Shown: piece after piece, positions 1 to 11,485 of the stretch
How the letters are laid out: each line of letters begins with the position of its first letter
Numbering within the stretch: the stretch's first letter is position 1
Source: Clostridium merdae
GTDB taxonomy: Bacteria > Bacillota > Clostridia > Oscillospirales > Acutalibacteraceae
Assembly: GCF_900176635.1 (NCBI RefSeq)
Contig: NZ_FXLN01000003.1
Span: 545,374 to 609,373, forward strand
Direction of reading: 5' to 3'
DNA: 64,000 nucleotides
The notes under the pieces: model-generated
The model's input: the letters and a program-made list of their open reading frames with translations, nothing else
Told to the model about the DNA's origin: nothing
Databases searched by the model: none
Made by a program: the position numbers and the translations under genes

Positions 1-1695
<1,695 letters not shown>

Positions 1696-2110
1696 TTAAG
1701 GATACAGAATTAGGAAGCGAGCATATCAATTTGCACAGCCCTATACCTTATCTGTGCCTTCGTTTATTCTATCATTTTTTTAATATAGTGTAAAGGTAAA
1801 CGGTTCTGAATTTTGGCTTTTCAGTGTATTTTTCGAAAAAGCAATTATAGCACCTTTTTACTGTGTTTTTATTCGTTTTCCTTTCTCTATTTCTTATTTT
1901 CCCCCGTTTTGGCGGTAATCAGGGCAAAAAAGGCTTAACAACCAACTCTATATCCCTCGCGCAAACGCTAAACTGCGCGCACCCCTTGCTACGTGTTCTG
2001 GGGAAGTTTGACATGTTTGCTTTTGATACGATACAATAGAAAGCATATAACTCCATTGGGCCGTTCGGAATCGTACCGAACAAATTTCCAAATTGAAAGG
2101 GGAAAAATAC

Positions 2111-3610
2111 ATGCCTCCCGATCCCGCGGGCATACTTTCCGGCGCTCCCATGCTATTAAGCGTGCAGAACGCCGAAGCCGTTAACCCAGACTCGAATCCG
2201 TTTGTTTCATTGTTGATTCTATTCCTGCTTATTTTAGTCAACGCATTTTTTGCTGCTTCTGAAATTGCTATTATCACACTCAATGATAATAAGATTCGGC
2301 GTATGGCGGAAGACGGCGATAAGAAAGCGGAAAAAATTCTAAGGCTGACGGAAAACTCCAGCCGGTTTCTTTCTACCATCCAAATTGGTGTAACGCTGTC
2401 CGGTTTCTTAACCTCCGCATCGGCATCGCAAAGCTTTGCCGCGATTTTAGCGGAAAAACTGAGTTTTCTGCCTATTTCTACTTCTCTGCTGAACGGTATT
2501 TCCACCGTACTTATCACAATTATTCTCTCTTATTTCTCTCTGGTTCTGGGCGAACTGGTGCCGAAAAAGATTGCCATGCAAAAAGCCGAGGAGCTCAGCT
2601 TTCGCTTTATTGGCATCTTAAGCGCCACAGCATCCATTTTTAGTGTTTTTATCACTTTTCTTACGGTTTCCACCAACTTTGTGCTCAAGCTTTTGGGGCT
2701 CGACCCCAACTCCACAGAGGATACCGTTACGGAAGAAGAAATTCTAATGATGGTAGACGTTGGCGAAGAAAAGGGACTCATTGTTGGCAGTGCAAAGGAC
2801 ATGATTGAAAATATCTTTGATTTTGCAGATACCACAGTAGAAGAGATTATGACCCACCGTACCGATGTTGCCGCAATTGAAGACACCAGTAGCATCAGCG
2901 ATGTAGTTGCACTGGCAATTGAAGAAGGGTATTCTCGTATTCCTGTTTTTCATGAGGATTTGGATACCATCCTTGGCATTATCTACGTGAAGGATTTACT
3001 CCAATACGTTGGCAGCGAAATCGATGGCGACGTAAAAATAACAGACCTGATGCGCCCCGCTTACTTTGTGCCGGAAACCAAACGCTGCACGCAGCTCTTT
3101 ACGGAAATGACAGAGAAAAAAGTGCAGATTGCCGTTATTGTTGACGAATACGGCGGCACCTCGGGTATCATCTCTCTGGAAGATTTGCTGGAAGCTATTG
3201 TAGGCAATATTCAAGATGAATTCGACGATGAGGAAGAAGAAATCCGCCGCGTGAGCGACAATAGCTACACGGTGGAGGGCAGCACCTCAATCGATGAAAT
3301 ATCGGATCTGGTGGGTGTTGATTTGCCAGAAGGCGATTACGATACCATTGCGGGCTTGGTCGTTGAAAAGCTTGGCCGCATTCCTAAATTCGGCGAGCAC
3401 CCTACCATTCACGTAAAAAACCTAACGTTAACTGTTCAGGAAGTGGAAGAAAACCGTATCGCCCGTTTACTGATTGTAAAAGACCTTACACTCCCCCCTC
3501 CGGGAGAAACCGGAGACAAAAAGGCTTTACCGCCAAAAGGGGATTCTAATTCTATAAAAGAGCACAGCCATCACCCGCATATCTCCTCTTTTATTGATAC
3601 TGAACAATAA
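2111..3610 (+). CDS. CNNM/CorC/HlyC-family transporter (DUF21 transmembrane domain, tandem CBS domains, CorC_HlyC C-terminal domain), often annotated hemolysin-family protein
   Basis: N-terminal multi-TM DUF21-like region (LLILFLLILVNAFFAASEIAIITL), then a CBS-pair-like region and a transporter-associated C-terminal domain. Start moved to the ATG at 2111, which follows a GAAAGGGG RBS. The ORF track started at 2093. Confidence 0.8.
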   Translation: MPPDPAGILSGAPMLLSVQNAEAVNPDSNPFVSLLILFLLILVNAFFAASEIAIITLNDNKIRRMAEDGDKKAEKILRLTENSSRFLSTIQIGVTLSGFLTSASASQSFAAILAEKLSFLPISTSLLNGISTVLITIILSYFSLVLGELVPKKIAMQKAEELSFRFIGILSATASIFSVFITFLTVSTNFVLKLLGLDPNSTEDTVTEEEILMMVDVGEEKGLIVGSAKDMIENIFDFADTTVEEIMTHRTDVAAIEDTSSISDVVALAIEEGYSRIPVFHEDLDTILGIIYVKDLLQYVGSEIDGDVKITDLMRPAYFVPETKRCTQLFTEMTEKKVQIAVIVDEYGGTSGIISLEDLLEAIVGNIQDEFDDEEEEIRRVSDNSYTVEGSTSIDEISDLVGVDLPEGDYDTIAGLVVEKLGRIPKFGEHPTIHVKNLTLTVQEVEENRIARLLIVKDLTLPPPGETGDKKALPPKGDSNSIKEHSHHPHISSFIDTEQ

Positions 3611-3617
3611 ACTACTT

Positions 3618-3649
3618 TGCCCCGCGCTATTCGGCGCGGGGCATTTTTA
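3618..3649 (+). terminator. Rho-independent terminator after the CNNM gene
   Basis: GCCCCGCGC-tattcg-GCGCGGGGC hairpin followed by ATTTTTA. Confidence 0.8.
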
Positions 3650-3662
3650 GTTTCTATCCGTA

Positions 3663-3887
3663 TCAATCTTCTTTTGCAGTTTTAGAGAGATAACTCAACA
3701 CAAACGCAACCAACGCGGAGATAGAACAGAGAACACAAACTGGAGTTTGCAAGGAGCTCTTCGCCCAAATAGCCAGAGCACCATTCATGGTGATAACCGA
3801 AAAGAGCTGAATCGCAACCAAACATATGGCGGATGCGATAGATAGAATTAAAAACAACAGAAATATATTATTGACGATATTTTTCAT
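3663..3887 (-). CDS. Small 2-TM membrane protein of unknown function, immediately downstream of the DctM-like permease
   Basis: 74 aa with two hydrophobic helices. Separated by 1 nt from the upstream permease gene on the same strand. Confidence 0.4.
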   Translation of the reverse strand: MKNIVNNIFLLFLILSIASAICLVAIQLFSVITMNGALAIWAKSSLQTPVCVLCSISALVAFVLSYLSKTAKED

Positions 3888-3888
3888 G

Positions 3889-5259
3889 CTACATCAACCC
3901 CCCTATGATGGGTAAAATCCCCAATGCGACCAAAACGCCGACCAGAACAAGCGGAATTAAATAGTTGAAAATCAATGGCTTGAACATGACACTGACGTTT
4001 TCTACGCCTGCAATACTGCTGGAAATAAAAATGGGAGAGGACATTGGAGGGGAGCAGCCCTCGGTAGAAACAAACAGTAGGAACGCTACAACGGCAGTAA
4101 CAGGGGGAACTCCCACAGCTACCATAGCAGTATAAGCTACCAAACCAAGGCTAACAGTAGTAGCAGTAGCATTTAGCGGACCAGCTACCAGTGCTACCAC
4201 AAAACCAATGATAAGAATCATGGCAAACTTGGGCAGATTTAAGTTACCCAAAATCTCACTCAGGCCATCACCAAAACCAATCAGCGTCAAAGCAGAGCTT
4301 CCAGTCAGAGCGAATAAAGAAACCGCACCGCAAGAGCAAACAGTTTTAGAGGTGGAGGATAAGAGTGTTTTCCAGCCGTCCCAGGTTTTTGGCAATAGCT
4401 TTCGACCCAGAACTAAGCAAATGGACATAATCAACACCGGAACCCAGATAATGATATTAATCGCGTTCACGGCTTTCGACCCAAAGGAAGCCTGATTCTT
4501 CAACATTTCACCAACGGGGCCAATAGTCAAAACCAGTGGTATAACAATGCCCAAGAACATTAGTAACGATGTACCGCCTTTTTTAACCGCAACGCTTAAT
4601 TTTTCAGCGTTGCTGTCCATAGCAGGAATCTTATGTTTCCATACATAGTAACGTACGACAAGCAAACGATAAACTAGAGCCCAAAACGCACCACACAGCA
4701 GGGGTACATACAAATCACCGTAGCTGACCGCTTGCGCGATGGGGGCAAAACTCAGCATCAGAAACAAAGAAGATGCCGCAGGGCCACAGATTCCAAGATC
4801 AGCATTGCCCGTATTAATGGTGGCAGCTGTCTCCTTCGGCCATCCAGACTCCAGCATCCACGGAACAGTGATAGAACCCACAGTTGCAGAGTTGGCGCTG
4901 CTTGCACTTGCCACCATTCCAAATAAGCCGCTGGCGCAGGTGGAAGCATAAGCGGGGCCGCCGCGAACACGCCCTAATAATGAATTCAAAATGTTAACCA
5001 AATGGTTGATGATTCCTGTTTTCTGCATAATAGAAGCCATTACCGTAAATAGAATAATAGCTGCCATTACATTTTCCTGTACCGCATCCGTAAAGCTGCT
5101 GGCCAGTGTCGCGGGAATCTGATTAATTCCGTTGAAAGCACAGGCGATGATCATTCCTAAGAACATCGCCTCCGCGATAGTGCGTTTTAAACCGAGATAC
5201 CAAAACATTACAAACAGAATATAGACCACAAAGGCCCAAATTCCAATTCCAATACCCAT
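3889..5259 (-). CDS. TRAP-type transporter large permease (DctM family)
   Basis: ~12 TM. The segment LLGRVRGGPAYASTCASGLFGMVASASSANSATVGSITVPWM matches the conserved DctM/SiaM core (LVGRVRGGLA...GGISGSAVADTAAIGSILIP) recalled from memory. Confidence 0.7.
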   Translation of the reverse strand: MGIGIGIWAFVVYILFVMFWYLGLKRTIAEAMFLGMIIACAFNGINQIPATLASSFTDAVQENVMAAIILFTVMASIMQKTGIINHLVNILNSLLGRVRGGPAYASTCASGLFGMVASASSANSATVGSITVPWMLESGWPKETAATINTGNADLGICGPAASSLFLMLSFAPIAQAVSYGDLYVPLLCGAFWALVYRLLVVRYYVWKHKIPAMDSNAEKLSVAVKKGGTSLLMFLGIVIPLVLTIGPVGEMLKNQASFGSKAVNAINIIIWVPVLIMSICLVLGRKLLPKTWDGWKTLLSSTSKTVCSCGAVSLFALTGSSALTLIGFGDGLSEILGNLNLPKFAMILIIGFVVALVAGPLNATATTVSLGLVAYTAMVAVGVPPVTAVVAFLLFVSTEGCSPPMSSPIFISSSIAGVENVSVMFKPLIFNYLIPLVLVGVLVALGILPIIGGLM

Positions 5260-5279
5260 AGATCAACCCTCCTCTTAAA

Positions 5280-6251
5280 CTATTTCTTCTCAGAAGCAGA
5301 AAGCCACTCAGCGTTAACAACGTCACGCATTGTCCCTGTTTCTGCTAAAGATGTAATTTTATCGGCGATATAAGGAATCATCGCATCGACCAAATCAGCC
5401 GTAGTTCCGCCAACGTGAGGTGTTATAATCACATTAGCGCATTGCAACAACTGAGCTGTCGTTTCGGAATCTTCCTCCTCCACGCAATCCAGGCCCGCTC
5501 CGGCCAATTTGCCCTCGTTCAGAGCCTTTACCAAAGCAGCTTCGTCGATTAAACCGCCTCTGGCGGTATTCAGCAAACATGCTGACGGTTTCATCGCGGC
5601 AAGCTGTTCTGCGCCAATGATGTGGCGGGTGCTGTCCAGCAGGGGAACGTGAAGAGATATCAAATCTGAAGTAGACAGGAGCTCTTCCAGAGAAACAAAA
5701 GTCATATTGTTTTGCTTCTCCACTTCCTCCGGTAGGCGAAACGCATCGTAATATTGAACACTAGCACCCAGTGCCTGTGCCAATGCAGCTACACGGCGGC
5801 CAATATTTCCTCCGCCAATGAGCCCCACCTTTTTGTAATTAAGGGAGATGGAAGAGTCTGCAAACACTCCTCTGTCCCAGTTTCCAGCCTGCACATTACG
5901 GCTGTAACCCATTATTTTGCGGTTTAGCAGAATCATCAGGCCTAAGGCCAGTTCCGCTACGGCATAGGCATTGACGCCGGGCGTGTTTGCTACCATAACG
6001 CCGTGTTTCCCCGCTGCTTCAATATCTACCGAATCGTATCCGGCTCCCCAGCGAATTACCGCTTTTAGGTTTGGATTATTTGCGATGACAGCCTCTGGAG
6101 TTTTCAAAATACGAACGATAATGCACTCCGCGTCTGTCATAGTGTTATAATCATCCTGCGACAAAATCTGAGTCACGCGATGCTCCGGAAGGAGCGACTG
6201 AAAACGCTCCAAAGTTCCGGTGGAGTAAGGGCCTGCAAGTATCACATTCAT
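5280..6251 (-). CDS. D-isomer-specific 2-hydroxyacid dehydrogenase (NAD-binding; glyoxylate/hydroxypyruvate reductase or PGDH-like)
   Basis: GLIGGGNIGRRVA Rossmann motif and a catalytic-domain layout typical of the family. ATGA overlap with the upstream aldolase gene. Confidence 0.85.
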   Translation of the reverse strand: MNVILAGPYSTGTLERFQSLLPEHRVTQILSQDDYNTMTDAECIIVRILKTPEAVIANNPNLKAVIRWGAGYDSVDIEAAGKHGVMVANTPGVNAYAVAELALGLMILLNRKIMGYSRNVQAGNWDRGVFADSSISLNYKKVGLIGGGNIGRRVAALAQALGASVQYYDAFRLPEEVEKQNNMTFVSLEELLSTSDLISLHVPLLDSTRHIIGAEQLAAMKPSACLLNTARGGLIDEAALVKALNEGKLAGAGLDCVEEEDSETTAQLLQCANVIITPHVGGTTADLVDAMIPYIADKITSLAETGTMRDVVNAEWLSASEKK

Positions 6252-7270
6252 GCTTTTTCCCCTTTCGCCTGAATGCGGGCAGCGGTTTCACGCATCAATT
6301 CCTCACTGGGATTTTTGCGATCGATGATAGAGGTTTCCACAATCAGCGGATACAACCCTACGTTGCATTCACCAGCAACCTTACGGAAGAGAGGCATAAA
6401 AGTAGAGTGAGCGCCACTATAACCCAAAATCAAATCTTTAGGTTTGATGGGGGTATGATATCCCTCTTTCTCCATTGCAGGGATCAACTCGCGATCTTCA
6501 AAATCCAGAAGCTGGTACAGATCAACTTCCTGTGCGGCACCTTTCATCTGCATTAATGCAACAGCAATCTCAGTCGGAAGATTTCCTGCGCTGCGAGCCA
6601 TGCCCAACAGACCACAATCCAGCACATCAACACCATTTTCAAAAGCAGCCAAGGCGTTGGCCGTGCTCAATCCCAAATTATTGTGGCAATGGAAGCCAAC
6701 CGGAATTTTAATGCGTTCTTTCAAAGCTTTCACATAAAGTCCAGAATCCTGTGGCAGCATAGTTCCAGCCGAATCCATAATGGTAATTTCATCTAAGCCG
6801 TGTGCCTCCAGACCGGCAGCCTCTTCGGCCAACTCTTCCGGGGTAAGAAGATAAGCTTTCATCAAAGAGTACCTTGCGGTAATACCATGCTTTTTTACAT
6901 CCTCAATTACGTGGTAGGCTTTGGCTCCGTCGCCAGCATCCATACCAATTCGTAAAAAGGAACATCCCTTGTCTGCCGCCATTGCCACATTTTCCGGCTC
7001 ATAGCGCTTGGCATTTAAAAACATGCCGATGTCTGCTTGTGACAGGTAAGGTTGGATTAAATCCAGATAGGCAGCATCGCTAATGGGAGCAGGGCTCCCC
7101 TTTTCTGTTGCTCCAAGTCCCTTAGCATTTCCCATCTCAATAATGTGAATGTTACTGCGGATTAGACCCTCAATCATTAATTTAGTCAGTTCCGGGGAAA
7201 ACCCGTTTCCGACAACATTCGCGCCGTCACGCAGCGTACAGTCCATAATTTTCACAAAATCACTCCTCAA
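6248..7270 (-). CDS. HMGL-like/DRE-TIM aldolase (4-hydroxy-2-oxovalerate aldolase or pyruvate-carboxyltransferase-like)
   Basis: N-terminal DCTLRDG motif, an HCHNNLG metal-binding motif, and a C-terminal DmpG-communication-like domain. Confidence 0.75.
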   Translation of the reverse strand: MRSDFVKIMDCTLRDGANVVGNGFSPELTKLMIEGLIRSNIHIIEMGNAKGLGATEKGSPAPISDAAYLDLIQPYLSQADIGMFLNAKRYEPENVAMAADKGCSFLRIGMDAGDGAKAYHVIEDVKKHGITARYSLMKAYLLTPEELAEEAAGLEAHGLDEITIMDSAGTMLPQDSGLYVKALKERIKIPVGFHCHNNLGLSTANALAAFENGVDVLDCGLLGMARSAGNLPTEIAVALMQMKGAAQEVDLYQLLDFEDRELIPAMEKEGYHTPIKPKDLILGYSGAHSTFMPLFRKVAGECNVGLYPLIVETSIIDRKNPSEELMRETAARIQAKGEKA

Positions 7271-7352
7271 TCAATTGAATTGATGTATTTTTTCGATATA
7301 ATTAACATACTAGAAATTGCAGCAGAAGTGAAACACAAGTCTTTTTTGATTA

Positions 7353-7371
7353 TCACAAAGAATTTTTGTGA
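7353..7371. promoter_or_regulatory. Candidate LysR-type operator (T-N11-A palindrome) in the divergent promoter region
   Basis: TCACAAAGAATTTTTGTGA is a perfect inverted repeat. It sits between the aldolase operon (minus) and the LysR gene (plus). Confidence 0.5.
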
Positions 7372-7470
7372 CTTTAAAGAAAATTCTGCATTTTGACAAA
7401 TAAGAGGAAGTCGAGTATGCTGTTTTAAAGGGGTGACGGCAAAGTGCAAATCATTTAAGGAGGAAAAATT

Positions 7471-8442
7471 ATGGACACCACCAGTCTTTATTATTTTACA
7501 GAGGCGGCAAAAGACCTTAACTTCACACAAACAGCAAATCGTTTGTTTGTGTCTCAGCAAAATTTGAGCAATCACATTGCAAGGCTGGAAATTCTTTTGG
7601 AGTGCAAGCTTTTTCAGCGAAAACCCAAGTTGGCTCTTACATATGAAGGGGAGCTTTTCCTCTCTTATGCCAAAGAAGTGGTCGCATCAGAAAGCAATAT
7701 TGTAACAGTATTAAAGTCAATTCAAAATGAAGAGACGGGCGAATTGCGCATTGGAATGACAACACCCCGCGCGAGCATCATCATTCCAGAAATTATGGAG
7801 CAGTTTATCGAAGCCCACCCGGGTGTCCATATCAAGTTGTTTGACCAGCCCTCCTATCAGCTGGAGAAAATGCTCATTGATAATAAATTGGATTTTTGCA
7901 TTGGAGTAATTTACTCAGAATACCCAGAGCTTCAATCAACGCATCTGCTAACAGATAAGGTTTATCTGTGCGTCTCTGACGTGCTACTGCGCAGCTGCTA
8001 TGGCGAACAAGCAAACGAATTGCGAATGCAGGCGGAGCACGGTGCAAATATTGCCGATTTTTCCCGCCTTCCTGTGGTCATGCCTACAAGCAGTATTCCA
8101 TTAAGCCGTGCGATTCTCTCCTGCTATGAAGAGTCCGGCAGCCAGCCTAATATCTTGCTGACTACTACCTACCCTCAGTTCTTTCACTCGCTCTACTTTA
8201 GTGGGATTGCCGCAGCCTTTTTGACGGAAATGATTCTGGACGATACCCTGCGCTACCAGCAGGAGGGAACCGAAAAGTTCCACACCTTTCCCCTGCTACT
8301 AAACGGGGACTTTTTATACCGGGACATTACACTTACCATCAACTGTCGCCGGTACTTGTCCAAACCGGCCAAGCATTTTATATCTTTAACACAAAATATG
8401 TTTTCCTCTATTTCACAAAAAAGAAGGACCGATAATAACTAA
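7471..8442 (+). CDS. LysR-family transcriptional regulator, divergent from the aldolase/dehydrogenase/TRAP operon
   Basis: N-terminal LysR HTH (YFTEAAKDLNFTQTANRLFVSQQNLSNHIARLE) and a C-terminal substrate-binding domain. Confidence 0.9.
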   Translation: MDTTSLYYFTEAAKDLNFTQTANRLFVSQQNLSNHIARLEILLECKLFQRKPKLALTYEGELFLSYAKEVVASESNIVTVLKSIQNEETGELRIGMTTPRASIIIPEIMEQFIEAHPGVHIKLFDQPSYQLEKMLIDNKLDFCIGVIYSEYPELQSTHLLTDKVYLCVSDVLLRSCYGEQANELRMQAEHGANIADFSRLPVVMPTSSIPLSRAILSCYEESGSQPNILLTTTYPQFFHSLYFSGIAAAFLTEMILDDTLRYQQEGTEKFHTFPLLLNGDFLYRDITLTINCRRYLSKPAKHFISLTQNMFSSISQKRRTDNN

Positions 8443-8495
8443 TCATGGCTGCCAGCAAGAAAATTCACAGCAGCCCCATAGCTTTATATCAATTT

Positions 8496-8537
8496 GCGCT
8501 TTGAATGCCATAAAGGCAGTACAAAGCGCTTTTTATT
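8496..8537 (+). terminator. Rho-independent terminator after the LysR gene
   Basis: GCGCTTTG...CAAAGCGC stem followed by TTTTTAT. Confidence 0.7.
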
Positions 8538-8569
8538 TCTATCACTTTTTTCCATTTAACTAACAGCAC

Positions 8570-8598
8570 TTGACAATTCATCTACTATGTAATACAAT
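8570..8598 (+). promoter_or_regulatory. Sigma-70-type promoter for the PadR operon
   Basis: TTGACA, 17 nt, TACAAT. Confidence 0.6.
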
Positions 8599-8649
8599 GT
8601 AGTTGCTACTTTGCATTACAAGATAGATAAGTCAGGAGGGAGCACCCGC

Positions 8650-8994
8650 ATGATACCATCACAAATGCTGAAGGGTACGCTAGAGGGCTGTATTCTAAAA
8701 ATTATAAGCCGGCGGCAAACCTACGGCTATGAAATATCGCAGGAGCTGCAACAATATGGATTTACCGACATTTCGGAGGGAACCATCTACCCACTTCTCC
8801 TGCGACTCGAAAAAAGTGGACTTATCACCGCAGAATACCGAGAGTCTACACTTGGCCCCCGCCGCAAATACTTTTCTTTATCCACAGAGGGTCAAGACGA
8901 GCTTAACGGATTTTACACAAACTGGAAAGAACTCGAGACGGCAGTAAATAACCTATTTCTGCATGGAGGGAATCAAAATGAATTTGAAATCTAA
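8650..8994 (+). CDS. PadR-family transcriptional regulator
   Basis: Winged-helix PadR motif (GYEISQELQQYGFTDISEGTIYPLLLRLEKSGLI). Start placed at the ATG at 8650, after an AGGAGGG RBS. Confidence 0.85.
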   Translation: MIPSQMLKGTLEGCILKIISRRQTYGYEISQELQQYGFTDISEGTIYPLLLRLEKSGLITAEYRESTLGPRRKYFSLSTEGQDELNGFYTNWKELETAVNNLFLHGGNQNEFEI

Positions 8995-9655
8995 GCAGCT
9001 CAACCGCAGTAACAACAAACTTGATAAAAATTTATTTCCAGAATACGTTCCGGTAATGGTAGATATGGTCTGTTACCTACGTGCATCCCACTTATCGGAA
9101 TATCATCAAGAGATTGTTCGGCAGGATTTGCTAGAGATGCTTCTCTCCGCACAAGAACGTGGCGACTCCATTGAATCGGTTATCGGTAACGATTATAAGA
9201 CCTTCTGCGACGAGATTATCGCCAGCTTACCTGCGAGAACCGTTCCACAGCGGATATGCGGGGCACTCAGCACCTTTTTTCAATGTGCGGCAATTTTAAG
9301 TGTGATTGGTGTTCTATTTTCCAAGGATACCTACCGTATTATCCGTACCGCCTTTACCAATCAGCCTGTCGATTTTCTTATTTCTGTACCGATTAGCAGT
9401 GTGATTTCCTTTGCCTTGATTATTGCTTTTTCTGCTTTTATTGTTCAATCTATATGTAAAACCGTCTTTCAGACAGAAAAAAAGAGACTCGGTTTTGGAA
9501 AGGCATTTTTAATTGGTGTCGGAATTATGGCATTCTTCTTGCTCATCGCATGGTATGGGCAGGCAATTGCATTTACAGTATCTATTTGGTCAGCCTGTAT
9601 TGCAATCCTTGTTATGTTCGCGCTGTACCTTTTTTTTGAACGATTTGAGGGATAA
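8978..9655 (+). CDS. PadR-associated membrane protein (DUF1129/DUF1048-like)
   Basis: Overlaps the PadR stop. N-terminal soluble region followed by three to four TM helices. GGAGGG RBS 7 nt before the ATG at 8978. Confidence 0.5.
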   Translation: MNLKSKQLNRSNNKLDKNLFPEYVPVMVDMVCYLRASHLSEYHQEIVRQDLLEMLLSAQERGDSIESVIGNDYKTFCDEIIASLPARTVPQRICGALSTFFQCAAILSVIGVLFSKDTYRIIRTAFTNQPVDFLISVPISSVISFALIIAFSAFIVQSICKTVFQTEKKRLGFGKAFLIGVGIMAFFLLIAWYGQAIAFTVSIWSACIAILVMFALYLFFERFEG

Positions 9656-9660
9656 AAAAT

Positions 9661-9700
9661 ACGCCGAAACAAGTTTTACACTTGTTTCGGCGTTTCGTTT
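9661..9700. terminator. Bidirectional rho-independent terminator
   Basis: ACGCCGAAACAAG-tttaca-CTTGTTTCGGCGT, a 13-bp stem with T-runs on both strands. Confidence 0.8.
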
Positions 9701-9719
9701 ATTATAATTAAATAAAAAC

Positions 9720-11108
9720 TCAAGAAGTAAAGAAACTCTGGTTGCGGGCGGCAACACCATTTTGTTTAACTCCGGCTGTCACCATAACCCGTATGGAGGA
9801 ATGCACGCCGCGCACGGTAGAACTTACCGTTGTGGGGTCCGCACTTGCTCTCAGTGCGGTAATACGATAATACACATCCACCTGTCCGTCACTTCTTGCC
9901 ACACGGCGAAGCTCCTTAACCGATGCAATATGAGCACGGCTGGAAGTCGTTTTCACTTCATCCGCAGAGGCTCCCGAAAGAGTCACCTTATAGTCATAAA
10001 TATTACCCGGTGCAAACTGGTAGCTTACCGTGTCTATCATGACCCAGCCACGGTTTGACGGTGTAGGCGTTGGTGTAGAACCCGTTGTAACGGTTAAGGT
10101 ATAGCTCGTAGTTGTTCCGTTTGAAGATTTCACAGTGAATACGGAGGTACCGGCTGAAATCCCCTGCACTTGGTATTGTGTTCCACCATTCACTGCTGTA
10201 CCCGAACCCAATACTTGCGCCACACTGGGGTTACCAGAGGTCACGGTGAAGGTACCGGAGGTTGGTCTTTGAATGAAAATAGAAGCCGTGCCCCCTATAC
10301 CAACAGTACCGGTGTAGCTGCTAAGCTGAACCGAATCTGTTGTACCAGAGCTGGAATTATTATTGCTATTCGGGTTTGAAAGCCCTAAGTTTGTGGGCGT
10401 AAATACATAAGAACCACCAGTAGTCACACTGATTTTAAACTCATCATCGTCATTTAATTTGTACCGAGAACCGGTCACATAAGAAAGCTTCGAGCCAGAA
10501 AGCTTATACAAATAGAATGAGTTTTTCTGGGCATTATCCAAATCGTAAAATACGGGGTAAGTTAGCTTTGTGTCATCCCCCTTATCCACCGGAAGAATAA
10601 GCGAAGTGTTCTTCGGCAGCTCACTTGTGTACTTCATCTGCAAAACGGCGCTGTTTACCGTAATGGGGTCAGATAGTGTAATAGTTGAAACCGAAGTCAT
10701 TTTCAGCGCCAAATTAATATCGGCAGCTTTATCCATTTTACCGTTGGTAAATTCCCAAGCATATTCCTTGTCTCCGCCTTTGGAGTATATCTCAAAGGTA
10801 GCTTTTTTGCCGCTCTTTTCAATCGCCTGCAACGTGGATTTCGGCACCGTAATGGTACTAATATCCTGTACGGCCTTTGAGGTTGCGGACTCAAAGTTCA
10901 ATTGTACCGTTACATTTTTTTTATCATTGGTCAGAATGTATTCAATTTCAGATAGCTTTGCAGCATCAAATTTAAAGCTGGTACCAGTAATATCTATGTC
11001 AACCGTTTGGTCGCTCGACGCAGCTGCAACTGTTTGTAGAGGCACCGCTGTCCATAACAGACCCATAGACAGCACCATCGCCATCCATTTTTTTCCTAAT
11101 TTTCTCAT
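9720..11108 (-). CDS. Secreted protein with a signal peptide and bacterial Ig-like (Big_2-type) and beta-rich repeat regions
   Basis: Start set at MRKLGKKWMAMVLSMGLLWTAVPLQTVAAA (signal peptide) with a GGAGGA RBS. Ser/Thr-rich and Ig-like segments (TVTSGNPSVAQVLG...). Confidence 0.6.
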   Translation of the reverse strand: MRKLGKKWMAMVLSMGLLWTAVPLQTVAAASSDQTVDIDITGTSFKFDAAKLSEIEYILTNDKKNVTVQLNFESATSKAVQDISTITVPKSTLQAIEKSGKKATFEIYSKGGDKEYAWEFTNGKMDKAADINLALKMTSVSTITLSDPITVNSAVLQMKYTSELPKNTSLILPVDKGDDTKLTYPVFYDLDNAQKNSFYLYKLSGSKLSYVTGSRYKLNDDDEFKISVTTGGSYVFTPTNLGLSNPNSNNNSSSGTTDSVQLSSYTGTVGIGGTASIFIQRPTSGTFTVTSGNPSVAQVLGSGTAVNGGTQYQVQGISAGTSVFTVKSSNGTTTSYTLTVTTGSTPTPTPSNRGWVMIDTVSYQFAPGNIYDYKVTLSGASADEVKTTSSRAHIASVKELRRVARSDGQVDVYYRITALRASADPTTVSSTVRGVHSSIRVMVTAGVKQNGVAARNQSFFTS

Positions 11109-11371
11109 CGGCTTTCGTTCCTCCTGCATTCTGCTCGAACAATCGAGCCGTTTTACTGTAGGTTGCCTAATTATCACAATTTCCCTTTATTTCCCTTTCA
11201 TTATATATAAAATCTAACTATGCGTCAAGGCAACGAATGGATTCCCTTGGCTAAGTTATTGAATTTCTCTGGACCACTCCCTATGTTTTTTGCCCCGCCA
11301 AGTACGAGAGGCAAAGTCATAGCACAAAGCTACTAGATTCATAAAAACTAGTATAATAAGCCTTATTATAA

Positions 11372-11400
11372 ATAAAAAAAGCCGGATTAAAAATCCGACG
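11372..11400 (-). terminator. Rho-independent terminator on the minus strand, between the repeat array and the Ig-like protein gene
   Basis: On the minus strand this reads GTCGGATTT-ttaa-TCCGGC followed by TTTTTTTA. Confidence 0.6.
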
Positions 11401-11456
11401 AAACAGAACAAAATTATTGATTATGTGATTTATTTTCCCATTTTTATATATTTATC

Positions 11457-11485
11457 TTGCATTATATGGTAAATAATGTTAATAT
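11457..11485 (+). promoter_or_regulatory. Sigma-70-type promoter with no ORF downstream
   Basis: TTGCAT, 17 nt, TAATAT. Confidence 0.5.

Noticed and set aside
1948-2517. Minus-strand 189-aa ORF overlapping the CNNM gene start
   Set aside because: It is antisense to a well-supported gene and its promoter region, with no RBS or recognisable domain.
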